Of a DNA stretch of 57,675 nucleotides, positions 30,745 to 39,732 are shown in pieces. The notes below the pieces were generated by a model. That model saw only the letters and a program-made list of their open reading frames with translations. It made no database searches and was not told the DNA's origin. The position numbers and the translations under genes were made by a program. Numbering within the stretch: the first letter of the stretch is position 1; each line of letters opens with the position of its first letter. Origin of the DNA: Candidatus Limnocylindrales bacterium (GTDB taxonomy: Bacteria > Moduliflexota > Moduliflexia > Moduliflexales > JAUQPW01); assembly GCA_035559535.1 (NCBI GenBank), contig DATMBG010000057.1, forward strand, positions 1-57,675, given 5' to 3'.

Positions 30745-32514
30745 TTATTGTCTTCTCAGCGCTTCGATGTATCTTTGATGAAAGTACTGTGCATTTTTTG
30801 CTTGAACACAGGGGTCCCGGCGAGTGTCAGGGACGGGAAATAGTTCCCGGCGGGTATCAGGAATAAGGGAGCGCTCCTGGCGGGTACCAGGAACAGGAGT
30901 TTGATCACAGGGTGCCTGACAAATGAGAAATTCTTCGAATTCTCGGGCAGAGTCCGGGGATACTCCCAGAAAGTCTCCAAAGATCATGCCTCTAGAGTCA
31001 CGAATTCTTTCTCTAGGTCGAACATTTCTATGTCCGGTTGGTCTTTCCGGGCGTCTCTCCCGGGTAGGCTTTTCTCGCGTAATACCTCGGGTTCCTGTCT
31101 CCGGGGTCGGAGTGGGCAGGGGGGGGATAGGGGTTGGGAAAATCGTCACGGTTTCTACGACCGGAAGTCTCGGTCGAATGTTAAGATATAAAAATCCCAG
31201 ATGAAAGTGGGCCGGGGCATAGGTACACTCCTGACCCCCCTGTCTGGCTAAAGCTACAACCTCTTTGAAGGCTTTGATGGCCAAATCATTATTTTTACAG
31301 ACCCGTTCATGAAGTAAGCCCAATGCCATAGTTAAATCAATATTATTGGGAGTAGCCTGAACCTGTTTGGTTAACGTACGAATTGCCTGTTCATAACGAT
31401 CCTCGGCAGGTCGTAAGAGATCATAGTTGAGGTAAATTTCTGCAACGACGGTATCGGCAAAGGCTTTCTGTAAAAGATTTCCACTTAAACTCGCCTGAAG
31501 ATCAATTTCCTCAATAATCTGGGGATAAGAAAGGGCTTTTCTTCTACTTTTATCTAAACCTCTCTCTTCTGAACGAGAGGTAGCAGGTGGTTCCCTCTCA
31601 TTAGATGGCTTTCGACCTATAGCCTCCAACATCATCTTCTGAAACCAATCTCCCTCTTTGTTTCCAGGAACGGGAGGATATTGACCGGACCTGTTTAAAT
31701 AAGCCAATAGCTCTGTGGTAAAATCCCTGGAATCATCTACCGGAAATTCTTGTAGTTGTCGGCATGCCTGGATGGCCGCTTCATAACCTTCCAACGTGTG
31801 GTCATTAAAATTCTCAACAATATATTCAATCCTTTGAACCAAGGGGGTAGGATCACTACATCCCAAAACCCGGGCTCGAGGTACACAAACCCGAATAGCC
31901 TGCAGGGTTTGTTTCTCCAGAGTTTCCCAGTATAAACTCTCAACCCGCCACCAGTTAGGTCCCAGACACCAATCATACCCCTGCCACCAGGCCCTAACCC
32001 CTCCTCCCGCCGTAGGTGTCGGAGTTGGTATAGGACGACTAAAACAGGCGGCTCCAGGGCCTCTTGCAAACCCACCTTCTCGTTTTAATCTCTCAATGAG
32101 AGCTTTGACTTCATCCATGTTATATCCGATCTTTTCAGCATAATCGATCCGCGCCTCCATATCGGCAGCCCAATTCTCGCCCCCTTCGATGGGTTCCAGA
32201 GGAATCCTTCCCCTTTCCCGCAGATTAGGACAGACTTCCCAGAGAGTTCTGAGAACATCCTGAATCTTACCGGTAATATTATCGGTTACCTCTCTCACCC
32301 AGCGGCCTAAATCCCGGCTGATCGCTACGATTCGATCTATAAGCCTATCCAGGAAATCCAGAATTTTTGGAGTAACCGGAGCAGTTGGAGGAAGTATCGG
32401 CCTTGTTAGAAGTACATCGTATAGGGCAATCAATAGGATTAAAGCCGCCACAACAATCAGTAGATTCCTGATGAGAGAAATCCCTCTTTCTGAGCCCAGT
32501 AAGGTACGTTTCAT
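30745..32514 (-). CDS. Hypothetical membrane-anchored protein with prepilin-like N-terminus and TPR-like region
   Basis: ERG-ISLIRNLLIVVAALILL N-terminus; AEDRYEQAI..MALGLLH..AIKAFKEVV..AHFHLGFLY TPR-like; Cys/Trp rich; PTPTP linkers. Confidence 0.65.
   Translation of the reverse strand: MKRTLLGSERGISLIRNLLIVVAALILLIALYDVLLTRPILPPTAPVTPKILDFLDRLIDRIVAISRDLGRWVREVTDNITGKIQDVLRTLWEVCPNLRERGRIPLEPIEGGENWAADMEARIDYAEKIGYNMDEVKALIERLKREGGFARGPGAACFSRPIPTPTPTAGGGVRAWWQGYDWCLGPNWWRVESLYWETLEKQTLQAIRVCVPRARVLGCSDPTPLVQRIEYIVENFNDHTLEGYEAAIQACRQLQEFPVDDSRDFTTELLAYLNRSGQYPPVPGNKEGDWFQKMMLEAIGRKPSNEREPPATSRSEERGLDKSRRKALSYPQIIEEIDLQASLSGNLLQKAFADTVVAEIYLNYDLLRPAEDRYEQAIRTLTKQVQATPNNIDLTMALGLLHERVCKNNDLAIKAFKEVVALARQGGQECTYAPAHFHLGFLYLNIRPRLPVVETVTIFPTPIPPLPTPTPETGTRGITREKPTRERRPERPTGHRNVRPRERIRDSRGMIFGDFLGVSPDSAREFEEFLICQAPCDQTPVPGTRQERSLIPDTRRELFPVPDTRRDPCVQAKNAQYFHQRYIEALRRQ
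30815..30900 (-). repeat. 3x ~30-bp coding tandem repeat
   Basis: Encodes PVPGTRQERS LIPDTRRELF PVPDTRRD. Confidence 0.6.
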
Positions 32515-32619
32515 AGATCCGGATACTATATAGAAGGAGTTTGTAGACCCTATCGACTCCCCTATATAAAACGGTCCTTATGTGTTGAACCTCCCGGCGA
32601 TAGCATAAATTATTTATTG

Positions 32620-32649
32620 AATTTACACGGTTTATGACTTAGCTGTCAA
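32620..32649 (-). promoter_or_regulatory. Possible sigma70 promoter of the 589-aa gene
   Basis: Minus strand TTGACA-18 bp-TAAATT. Confidence 0.35.
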
Positions 32650-32785
32650 GCAGGAATAGCATTATCTCTTTCTACCTGTGAAGTCCCTATGCTCCCACGA
32701 AATCCTCCAGGAAAGTTCCTTCCAGAGGCCACTATCTGGATGTCCTCTCAACTTTTCTGGGAAGCCAGGATAGATCAGTTTCAAA

Positions 32786-35065
32786 CTACTGGACTTTGAT
32801 ATTCTTGGCCTCCAGGGTAGTCCCCATAGCTCTTTGCAAATTGGCCAAAGATTTATTATAATCTGTTATGGCTCGAACTTCGTTACTTACGGCTGTGGCA
32901 AGATCACTTTGAAATTGAAGCACGTTAAAGTTGGTTGACAGACCTTCGTTGAATTTTTTCTGCTCGGCATCTAATTGTTTTTCGGCAAGCTCCCGAGCTA
33001 TCCGGGTTGACTCGACGCGTTTAATATTCGTACGAATTTGCCGAACTGCCTGACGAACATCGAGGATAATTTGTTGTTCGAGATTCTTAATGGTAACCTC
33101 GGCCTGTTCTGCCGCCAGCTTGGCAACGGCATAGTTACTTTTGGCAGCTCTGTTTCCCAGGGGAAACTCGAAATTAATCCCGGCCTGCCAGGTATAGAAA
33201 TCACCGCTGGTTAATTCATTGAGATTATCCCCGTAGCTGGCCCCCAAACCGTTAAGTCCTAAAGCTCCCTGGAAATTGAGAGCAGGTAATATTTGATTTC
33301 GGTTGGTTAAGACATCAATATTCCGGTTTTTTAAGTTAATTCGAGCCTGCACCAGTTCAGGACGTTTTTGAAGGGCTATTTTAATACTTTCTTCCACAGA
33401 TACATCCCGAATCTCGAAAGGCGGTTTATCCAGCGGCACGATCGAAACATCCCAAAATTTCCTATCCCCTGCCTGGAGATTGAGAATCCTTTTTAAATTA
33501 TCTTCGGTATCTCGTAGGGTTTCTTCAGCAACGAGAACTCCTTCCTCTCTGGCTGCGGCACTGGCTTCAGCCTGCAAGACCTCAATGGGAGCCAGAGTTC
33601 CTACTTCTACCTGAGCCCTATTAATTCTTATAAGATCCTGGGCCAATTTCAAGGCAAGCCGTTTGGCATCCAAATCACCAATGGCAAAAACCAGATCCCA
33701 ATATGCATTCTGAACATCGGTGATAACTTGAATAACCCGACCCTCCAGGACGCTTACGGAAATATCACGGTTGTTTCTGGCAATATAGATAGGGGCCTTA
33801 TTGACGGCCGTTCCAAACCCCCTGAGAAGCGGCTGGGTGACCGTCAACAACCCGTTGGATCCATAAGCAGGATTAATAATAGCCAATGGACTATTCGTTT
33901 GCCGCCAAGAATTATTAAAGGCAAAGGAATATGAGGTACCTGGACTTAGAGTTTGTTGAATCCCGGCATTAAAATTTCGCGTTTCTTCTTCTGAGCCGGT
34001 AGTCTGGCTGGCTGCCGGAGTCAGACTTTTGGAGGCGCTGCCATTAGCTACTACCGTAGGATCGAATTTAGCTTCTGCTACAGTAATTCTTTCGTTGTTA
34101 ATTTTTGGATTGAATCTTTCAATGGCAATATCAAAGTTGTTAACCAAGGCCAGATTAATCGCTTCCTCCAGGGACAGGAAGACTTTGGGAAGTTCTTCTC
34201 CGGGCTTAGCCGATGGAGGGGAAGGTTGTTGGGTCGTAGGGGAAGGAGTAGTTGTTGGAGCTTGAGGGGTTCCAGTTGAAGGGGCTGGTTGGGTAGTTGC
34301 CGGGACCTGAGGTTTCCCGGTTGTTGTAGCCGGAGTCTGCGGCCTTCGAGTCGAAGGGGTCGGCGATGGAGTTATGGGGGCCTGAGGTTTCCCGGCTGCA
34401 GGTGCCGGAGCTTGCGGCTTTCGAGTCGATGGAACCGGTTGGGTGGTTGCAGGGGCTTGAGAACTCCCCGTTGAAGGCGCCGGTTGGGTAACCGCTGGAG
34501 TCTGGGAAGCTCCTGGGGATGGAACTGGTTGGGTAGTTGCGGGGACTTGAGAACTCCCCGTTGAAGGCGCCGGTTGAGTCGTTGCAGGAGCTTGAGGAGA
34601 CTCTGTTGAAGGTGCGGGCTGAGAAGTCGTCGAGGCCTTGGATTTCTTTGTTCGAGAACCGGGCCTGGAGGGTGTTACCTGGGATTTTTTAGGGGACAGC
34701 GGTATTGGGGTCGGTGTTGGAGAAGATTCCGGAGGTGGAATCGGGGGATTAGACCCAGGAACCTGGTCTGTTGAGGGGGTAGGAGAGGGATTTTGAGTCG
34801 AAGGGGTGGATTCTGCCCCTTGAGAAGTATCAGCTGGAGAAGGATTCGCCGGAGTCTCCTGCGTAGCAGCAAGTATTAAGGACTGTGGGATTTCACTTCC
34901 TGGAGGGGGGAAAGAGGCCGGGTTTTGAAGATAATTTACTAAGATGGCTTTAGCCCGAAGTTGATCCCGGACTGTAATGGAAGAATTGCCTCCTTCGGTT
35001 GGAATAAATAAAAAAACAGTGGTCACTCCAATATAAATCAACAATCTATTCACTCTATATTTCAA
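32786..35065 (-). CDS. TolC-family outer membrane factor with long Pro/Thr/Ser-rich N-terminal extension
   Basis: C-terminal ~460 aa LSLEEAINLALVNN..QPLLRGFG..AYWDL..EVGTLAPIEVLQAE..RPEL..GLSTNFNVLQ; TTG start overlaps rlmB stop. Confidence 0.85.
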   Translation of the reverse strand: MKYRVNRLLIYIGVTTVFLFIPTEGGNSSITVRDQLRAKAILVNYLQNPASFPPPGSEIPQSLILAATQETPANPSPADTSQGAESTPSTQNPSPTPSTDQVPGSNPPIPPPESSPTPTPIPLSPKKSQVTPSRPGSRTKKSKASTTSQPAPSTESPQAPATTQPAPSTGSSQVPATTQPVPSPGASQTPAVTQPAPSTGSSQAPATTQPVPSTRKPQAPAPAAGKPQAPITPSPTPSTRRPQTPATTTGKPQVPATTQPAPSTGTPQAPTTTPSPTTQQPSPPSAKPGEELPKVFLSLEEAINLALVNNFDIAIERFNPKINNERITVAEAKFDPTVVANGSASKSLTPAASQTTGSEEETRNFNAGIQQTLSPGTSYSFAFNNSWRQTNSPLAIINPAYGSNGLLTVTQPLLRGFGTAVNKAPIYIARNNRDISVSVLEGRVIQVITDVQNAYWDLVFAIGDLDAKRLALKLAQDLIRINRAQVEVGTLAPIEVLQAEASAAAREEGVLVAEETLRDTEDNLKRILNLQAGDRKFWDVSIVPLDKPPFEIRDVSVEESIKIALQKRPELVQARINLKNRNIDVLTNRNQILPALNFQGALGLNGLGASYGDNLNELTSGDFYTWQAGINFEFPLGNRAAKSNYAVAKLAAEQAEVTIKNLEQQIILDVRQAVRQIRTNIKRVESTRIARELAEKQLDAEQKKFNEGLSTNFNVLQFQSDLATAVSNEVRAITDYNKSLANLQRAMGTTLEAKNIKVQ
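34230..34625 (-). repeat. 45-bp/15-aa coding tandem repeats
   Basis: QAPATTQPAPSTGSS QVPATTQPVPSPGAS QTPAVTQPAPSTGSS QAPATTQPVPSTRKP ... with interspersed 10-aa units. Confidence 0.85.
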
Positions 35066-35916
35066 CGTGTAACCTCCTTTTTTTCCCGTTGCTGCCGAAC
35101 CTCGAACATGAGGAGGGCAGCAGCAACAGAAGCATTAAGGGAAGCAATTTTACCGTATAAGGGAATAGAGATAAGAAAATCACACTTCTTTAACGTTAAG
35201 TTTTTAAGACCTTTAGATTCTCCTCCGATAACCAGGGCTACAGGTCCTTTAAGATCTACACAGTAATAAGCCTTTCCAACTTTAGGTACCGCTCCATAAA
35301 TCCAGAGACCATAATCTTTAAGCCGATCCAGGGCCGAAGCCAGATTAGAAACCCGACAAACCGGAAGATACTCGAGGGCCCCGGCTGAAGTTTTAACAAC
35401 GGTAGGGGTAAGTCCCACGGATCTCCGCTTGGGCAGAATAATCCCATGGACTCCGGCTCCTTCTGCAGAGCGCAAAATAGCCCCTAAGTTATGGGGGTCT
35501 TCAATGCCGTCTAAAAGGACGATAAAGGGAGGTTCGGTTTTTCTTTGAACTTCTTCCCATAATTCTTCCAGGGAATGGTACCGGTAAGGAGATGCGATTC
35601 CTAACACCCCTTGGGTATGAGGGGGAGGAGGGGGGGAGGGGCGGGAGTGTGAGAGGGATTCATCCGTACCTTCATATTCCCATACCCCCATACTCCCAGA
35701 CAGTCTTTCCCTCTCCTGAGCCCGTCGAGCGATCTGCTCAATTCGTTCCCTGGATTCAAATCGAATTTCAATTCCCCGGGACCGGGCCAGGTTTAGAATC
35801 TCCTGGATAGGTTTGCCCTTCCGGCCCGAGGCTATGTAGATCCTTTCAAAAGAGCGATCTGCACGAAGGGCTTCCAGTATGGGATTAACTCCCATGATTA
35901 TATTTTCTTCTCCCAA
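35062..35916 (-). CDS. rlmB: 23S rRNA (guanosine-2'-O)-methyltransferase RlmB, with internal insertion
   Basis: GVNPILEAL, LDGIEDPHNLGAILRSA, IGGESKGL, SLNASVAA; cysS-rlmB synteny. Confidence 0.93.
   Translation of the reverse strand: MGEENIIMGVNPILEALRADRSFERIYIASGRKGKPIQEILNLARSRGIEIRFESRERIEQIARRAQERERLSGSMGVWEYEGTDESLSHSRPSPPPPPHTQGVLGIASPYRYHSLEELWEEVQRKTEPPFIVLLDGIEDPHNLGAILRSAEGAGVHGIILPKRRSVGLTPTVVKTSAGALEYLPVCRVSNLASALDRLKDYGLWIYGAVPKVGKAYYCVDLKGPVALVIGGESKGLKNLTLKKCDFLISIPLYGKIASLNASVAAALLMFEVRQQREKKEVTR
35613..35698. repeat. Inverted octamer array in frame within rlmB
   Basis: Coding strand gggagtatgggggtatgggaatatgaaggtacgga ... cctctcacactcccgcccctccccccctcctccccctcataccc; same family as 24313-24432. 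Confidence 0.7.
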
Positions 35917-37421
35917 CTTGTCTCACCCCCCGGATGGTCTTTTAAAATAATGTTGAGCCGGGCTAATTGATCCCGGATCTGATCGGCCAATTTCCAGTTC
36001 TTGTCCCTTCGAGCCTGCTTACGAACTTCGATTAAAATCTCGATCAATTTATTTATCAATTCCTTATCTTCCGCTCCCGCAGTTACATCCTGTCGGGATC
36101 CTTCGCCCCCTTCCTGAGAGAATAGACCCAAAATCTGTCCCAGCGATTTAATAAGGGAAATAGCCTCTACCAAAGGTATAAGGGCCGATTCTTCATATTT
36201 TTCTTCTGCGCGAACTCTGGCTATCACCACATTAACCTGTTTGACCATTTCGAAGAGATACCCCAGCGCATCGGCGGTATTAAAGTCATCATCCATCGCT
36301 GCTTCAAAATCCTTTTTTAAGTTGAAGGAATGGATACTCAAATTTTTTAATTCAGCTTCGAGTTCTTCAGAACTTCCAGGGGCCAATTTCCACTCTGATT
36401 CTGGAACAAGTTGGCGCTTTTTTGCCAGGGTTTGAAGTGCCTCCACATCGTTAAAGGTATTATAAAACCTTTCTAAAGCTCTTGTAGCTTCTTCTAAACG
36501 ATCTTCTGAGAAGTCGATGGGACTTCGATAATGGGTCGAGAGGAGGAAAAACTTTACCGCTTCCGGTTTATATTTCTTCAAAATTTCCCGAATGGTAAAA
36601 AAATTCCCCAGGGACTTGGACATCTTTTCTCGATGGATGGTCACAAACCCATTATGCAACCAGTACCGGGCGAAAAGCTTTCCCGTGTAACCGGTCGACT
36701 GAGCGATTTCATTTTCATGATGGGGAAAAATAAGATCCTGGCCTCCTCCATGGATATCAAAGGTTTCTCCCAGATATTTCATGGACATGGCCGAGCATTC
36801 AATGTGCCATCCGGGACGTCCTTTTCCCCATGGACTCTCCCAAAAAGGTTCTCCGGGTTTGGAGCTTTTCCATAGTACAAAATCTAAAGGACTTCGCTTT
36901 CGCTCGTCTATTTCTACCCGGGCTCCCGCTATCATCTCTTCTAACTTCCTGCCCGAGAGTTTTCCATAATTTTTAAACTTCTCCACCTCAAAGTATACAT
37001 CCCCGTTGACCCTATAGGCTAATCCCTTTTCCATCAGACCCTGGATAAGGGCTATCATCTCTGGAATATGCTCGGTAGCTCTGGGTTCAACAGAAGCCCT
37101 TTTAATTCCCAGAGCCTTCATATCCCGATAGAACTCCTGGATGTATCGCTCGGCGATTTCTTGGGAACTAACCCCTTCTTCTTGAGCCCGCTGGATAATC
37201 TTGTCATCTACATCGGTAAAATTTCTTACAAATCGGACCTTAAAACCTTTATACTCCAGGTAATTCACTATGACATCAAAGGTAAGCATTAACCGCGCAT
37301 GACCTAAATGACAGAGATCATAAACGGTCATACCACAGACATACATCCCGACTTTTCCAGGTTCAAGGGGAATAAACTCTTCTTTTTGTTTCGTTAAAGT
37401 ATTATAAACCCTTAAAGCCAA
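35898..37421 (-). CDS. cysS: Cysteine-tRNA ligase
   Basis: YVCGMTVYD..HLGH, PGWHIECSAM, FPHHENE, KMSKS. Confidence 0.97.
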   Translation of the reverse strand: MALRVYNTLTKQKEEFIPLEPGKVGMYVCGMTVYDLCHLGHARLMLTFDVIVNYLEYKGFKVRFVRNFTDVDDKIIQRAQEEGVSSQEIAERYIQEFYRDMKALGIKRASVEPRATEHIPEMIALIQGLMEKGLAYRVNGDVYFEVEKFKNYGKLSGRKLEEMIAGARVEIDERKRSPLDFVLWKSSKPGEPFWESPWGKGRPGWHIECSAMSMKYLGETFDIHGGGQDLIFPHHENEIAQSTGYTGKLFARYWLHNGFVTIHREKMSKSLGNFFTIREILKKYKPEAVKFFLLSTHYRSPIDFSEDRLEEATRALERFYNTFNDVEALQTLAKKRQLVPESEWKLAPGSSEELEAELKNLSIHSFNLKKDFEAAMDDDFNTADALGYLFEMVKQVNVVIARVRAEEKYEESALIPLVEAISLIKSLGQILGLFSQEGGEGSRQDVTAGAEDKELINKLIEILIEVRKQARRDKNWKLADQIRDQLARLNIILKDHPGGETSWEKKI

Positions 37422-37431
37422 AAAACTATTC

Positions 37432-37581
37432 TTTATCTGTTGTCCGCGATCTGTTATGAATTTGAAGGGGTGATCTCTATAAAGGGCATCTTAAGCCCTT
37501 CGACAAACTCAAAACAGGTTGATGGATCAACTTCCCTATCTTCAAATTAACAAGTAACAGATAACGGACAATAGACAACTA
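37432..37581. repeat. Nested palindromic element with heptamer outer arms
   Basis: tctgttg tccgcga tctgtta / taacaag taacaga taacgga caataga; middle aatttgaag / cttcaaatt; central cccttcgacaaactca. Confidence 0.6.
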
Positions 37582-37588
37582 AGCTATC

Positions 37589-37639
37589 AAAAAAAGAAAA
37601 TATCGCTTCGCCTTTGGATTTTTATGCGATATTCTTTTT
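37589..37639 (-). terminator. Possible intrinsic terminator after cupin gene
   Basis: aatatcgc / gcgatatt stem flanked by A and T runs. Confidence 0.4.
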
Positions 37640-37805
37640 AATTTGTATCGATCGTAAGAAACGCTGGGAATTTTACCTGCTGCCTCAGGATAGTCCAGGG
37701 AAGGAAGCAAAATACCGGAATCGGGGTGTTGAGATAAAACGGATAAGCTGGTTCTGGGACTCTGCTCCCTCCGCTCATTCCTTTTGCTTAAACCCTTTTT
37801 CACAC

Positions 37806-38129
37806 CTATCTGTACTCTTCTCTGGGCGGAGAGAAGATATCCATAGCGACTGCCGGTTTATCCAGAACTCTTACTCCGTGCATAACCCCTCCTGGAATGA
37901 TGTAGGTATCTCCTTTCTTGCAAATGCGCGTCTCATTTCCGATGGTAAACTCCATCTCACCTTCCAGGATGATCCCAACCTGTTCATGGGGATGATTATG
38001 TAAGGGAACCTCGGAGTGAGGGGCCAAGGTCACATAGGAAATCATCATCTTCTCTCCCGAGATAGTTCGAATCTTAACATTTGGAGCAATCTCTTTTTCC
38101 TTTAGTTCATCCAGTCCGAAAAAGTACAT
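37806..38129 (-). CDS. Cupin domain protein
   Basis: PLHNHPHEQ..ILEG and IPGGVMHG cupin motifs, DIFSPPREEY; ATG 38129 preferred. Confidence 0.88.
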   Translation of the reverse strand: MYFFGLDELKEKEIAPNVKIRTISGEKMMISYVTLAPHSEVPLHNHPHEQVGIILEGEMEFTIGNETRICKKGDTYIIPGGVMHGVRVLDKPAVAMDIFSPPREEYR

Positions 38130-38283
38130 AATTTCTTTATCCTTTACCTGTAGTCCATTGTTTTTTGCGATTTTGTGTAGCCATTTTCTAACAAATTCCA
38201 CAGGGATTTTCACTTTCTATCCGTACCCTGAGACTCCGTTACTATCAAAATACAGCCAACAAAGGACAACAGACAAAGGATAA

Positions 38284-38790
38284 TTACAGTTTAGCCAGTT
38301 CCTTTGCTTCTTTAGTCGATAAAATTTTATTAAAATCTAAAATGATCAGTAAACGATTCTCTAGTTTACTAACCCCTGCAATATATTCAGAATCCACCCC
38401 GGCTACCACCTCGGGGGGCGGTTCGATAATACTGGTTGGAATACGTAATACCTGGGATACGGCATCTACAATGAAACCTGTGATTTTACCCTCCAGCCGA
38501 ACGACCATAATCCGGGTATTCCGGCTGGATGCCTGGTCACTCTTCACATTAAGCCTTTTTCTCAAATCAATGACCGGAATAACTTTTCCCCGTAGATTAA
38601 TAATTCCTTCTACAAAATGGGGAGCATTGGGAACCCGCGTAATAGGCACCATGCGAATAATTTCCTGAATCATCAAAATATCTGCACCAAACTCTTCGTT
38701 CCCTAAGAGGAAACTTACCACCTGGAGTTCTTCCACTTTTTCACCGGTTTTCAAAGGTTGAAGTCCATCATACTTTTCCGGTTTGTTCAT
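38284..38790 (-). CDS. cheW: Chemotaxis coupling protein CheW
   Basis: VVSFLLGNEEFG, ITRVPNAPHFVEGIINLRGKVIPVIDLR, GFIVDAV. Confidence 0.95.
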   Translation of the reverse strand: MNKPEKYDGLQPLKTGEKVEELQVVSFLLGNEEFGADILMIQEIIRMVPITRVPNAPHFVEGIINLRGKVIPVIDLRKRLNVKSDQASSRNTRIMVVRLEGKITGFIVDAVSQVLRIPTSIIEPPPEVVAGVDSEYIAGVSKLENRLLIILDFNKILSTKEAKELAKL

Positions 38791-38901
38791 ATTAACAGAT
38801 GGTGAGGGCGTGAGGAAGAAAGCCTGCCATGCCCCCTGCTCTTGCCCTCTCCTCCTCCTACTCCCTTACGCCTTTACGGTAAATTACAGACAACCGATTG
38901 C

Positions 38902-39732
38902 TTACTCTTTCATATATACCAAAGAATTCTTAAATTTAACCAGTTTAAAAATTGCCGTAATTCGATAAAGAGACTCTGAATGCCCCAGAAATAGATACCC
39001 CCCTTTATTAAGACTGTCATAAAAAGCATTCACTACTTTTTTACAACTTTCCGGGTTAAAATATATCAGCACATTTCGGCAAAAAATAACATCTATATTA
39101 CGCAAGGACTTCATCTGTTCGGTGTCGACTAAATTTAAGGTCGCAAAGCTGACCATATCTTTAATTTTCTCTTTAATGAAATATTTTTTATCCTTGAAAT
39201 GAAAATATTGTAAGGTATATTGAGAAGGCATTTCTCGGATAGATCGATAATCGTAGACTCCTTCTTTAGCCCGTTCCAGGACCTGGGTATTAATATCGGT
39301 TCCCAGAATTTGGATTTTCCATTGATAAATATCGGGAATGACCTCTAAAAGGAGCATAGCGAGGGTATAAGGTTCCTCCCCGGTCGAACAGCCGGCACTC
39401 CAGATTCTTAACTCATAATCCCGAATCTTCCGCTTTCGGGATATTATCAGAGGAAGGACTTCCTCTTTAAAAGCCATAAGTTGAGGGATATTTCTAAAAA
39501 AATAGGTCTCATTCGTTGTTACGACATTAAAGAGGTTAATGAGTTCTTTGCCCGACGTATCGTATTTTAAGAACCGGTAATAATCTAAAAGCGTTTCACA
39601 ACCCAAAGTCCTCATGCGATTTTCCAGGCGCCTGATCAGATAATGCTTTTTCTCATCATCAAAAAAGATCCCGGTTTTCTCACAAATCAGATCCCGCAGG
39701 TATTTGAACTCCTGAGTTGCCAGATCCTTCAT
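38902..39732 (-). CDS. cheR: Chemotaxis protein-glutamate methyltransferase
   Basis: TTNETYFFR, IWSAGCSTGEEPYT, IFCRNVLIYF, LFLGHSES. Confidence 0.95.
   Translation of the reverse strand: MKDLATQEFKYLRDLICEKTGIFFDDEKKHYLIRRLENRMRTLGCETLLDYYRFLKYDTSGKELINLFNVVTTNETYFFRNIPQLMAFKEEVLPLIISRKRKIRDYELRIWSAGCSTGEEPYTLAMLLLEVIPDIYQWKIQILGTDINTQVLERAKEGVYDYRSIREMPSQYTLQYFHFKDKKYFIKEKIKDMVSFATLNLVDTEQMKSLRNIDVIFCRNVLIYFNPESCKKVVNAFYDSLNKGGYLFLGHSESLYRITAIFKLVKFKNSLVYMKE

Noticed and set aside
34230-34625. Regularly spaced repeats as a CRISPR array
   Set aside because: In-frame 45/30-bp degenerate coding repeats with no unique spacers and no cas genes
37422-37800. T-box leader for cysS, and plus-strand ORF 37614-38003
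   Set aside because: No T-box consensus seen; the ORF is antisense to the cupin with no recognisable motif
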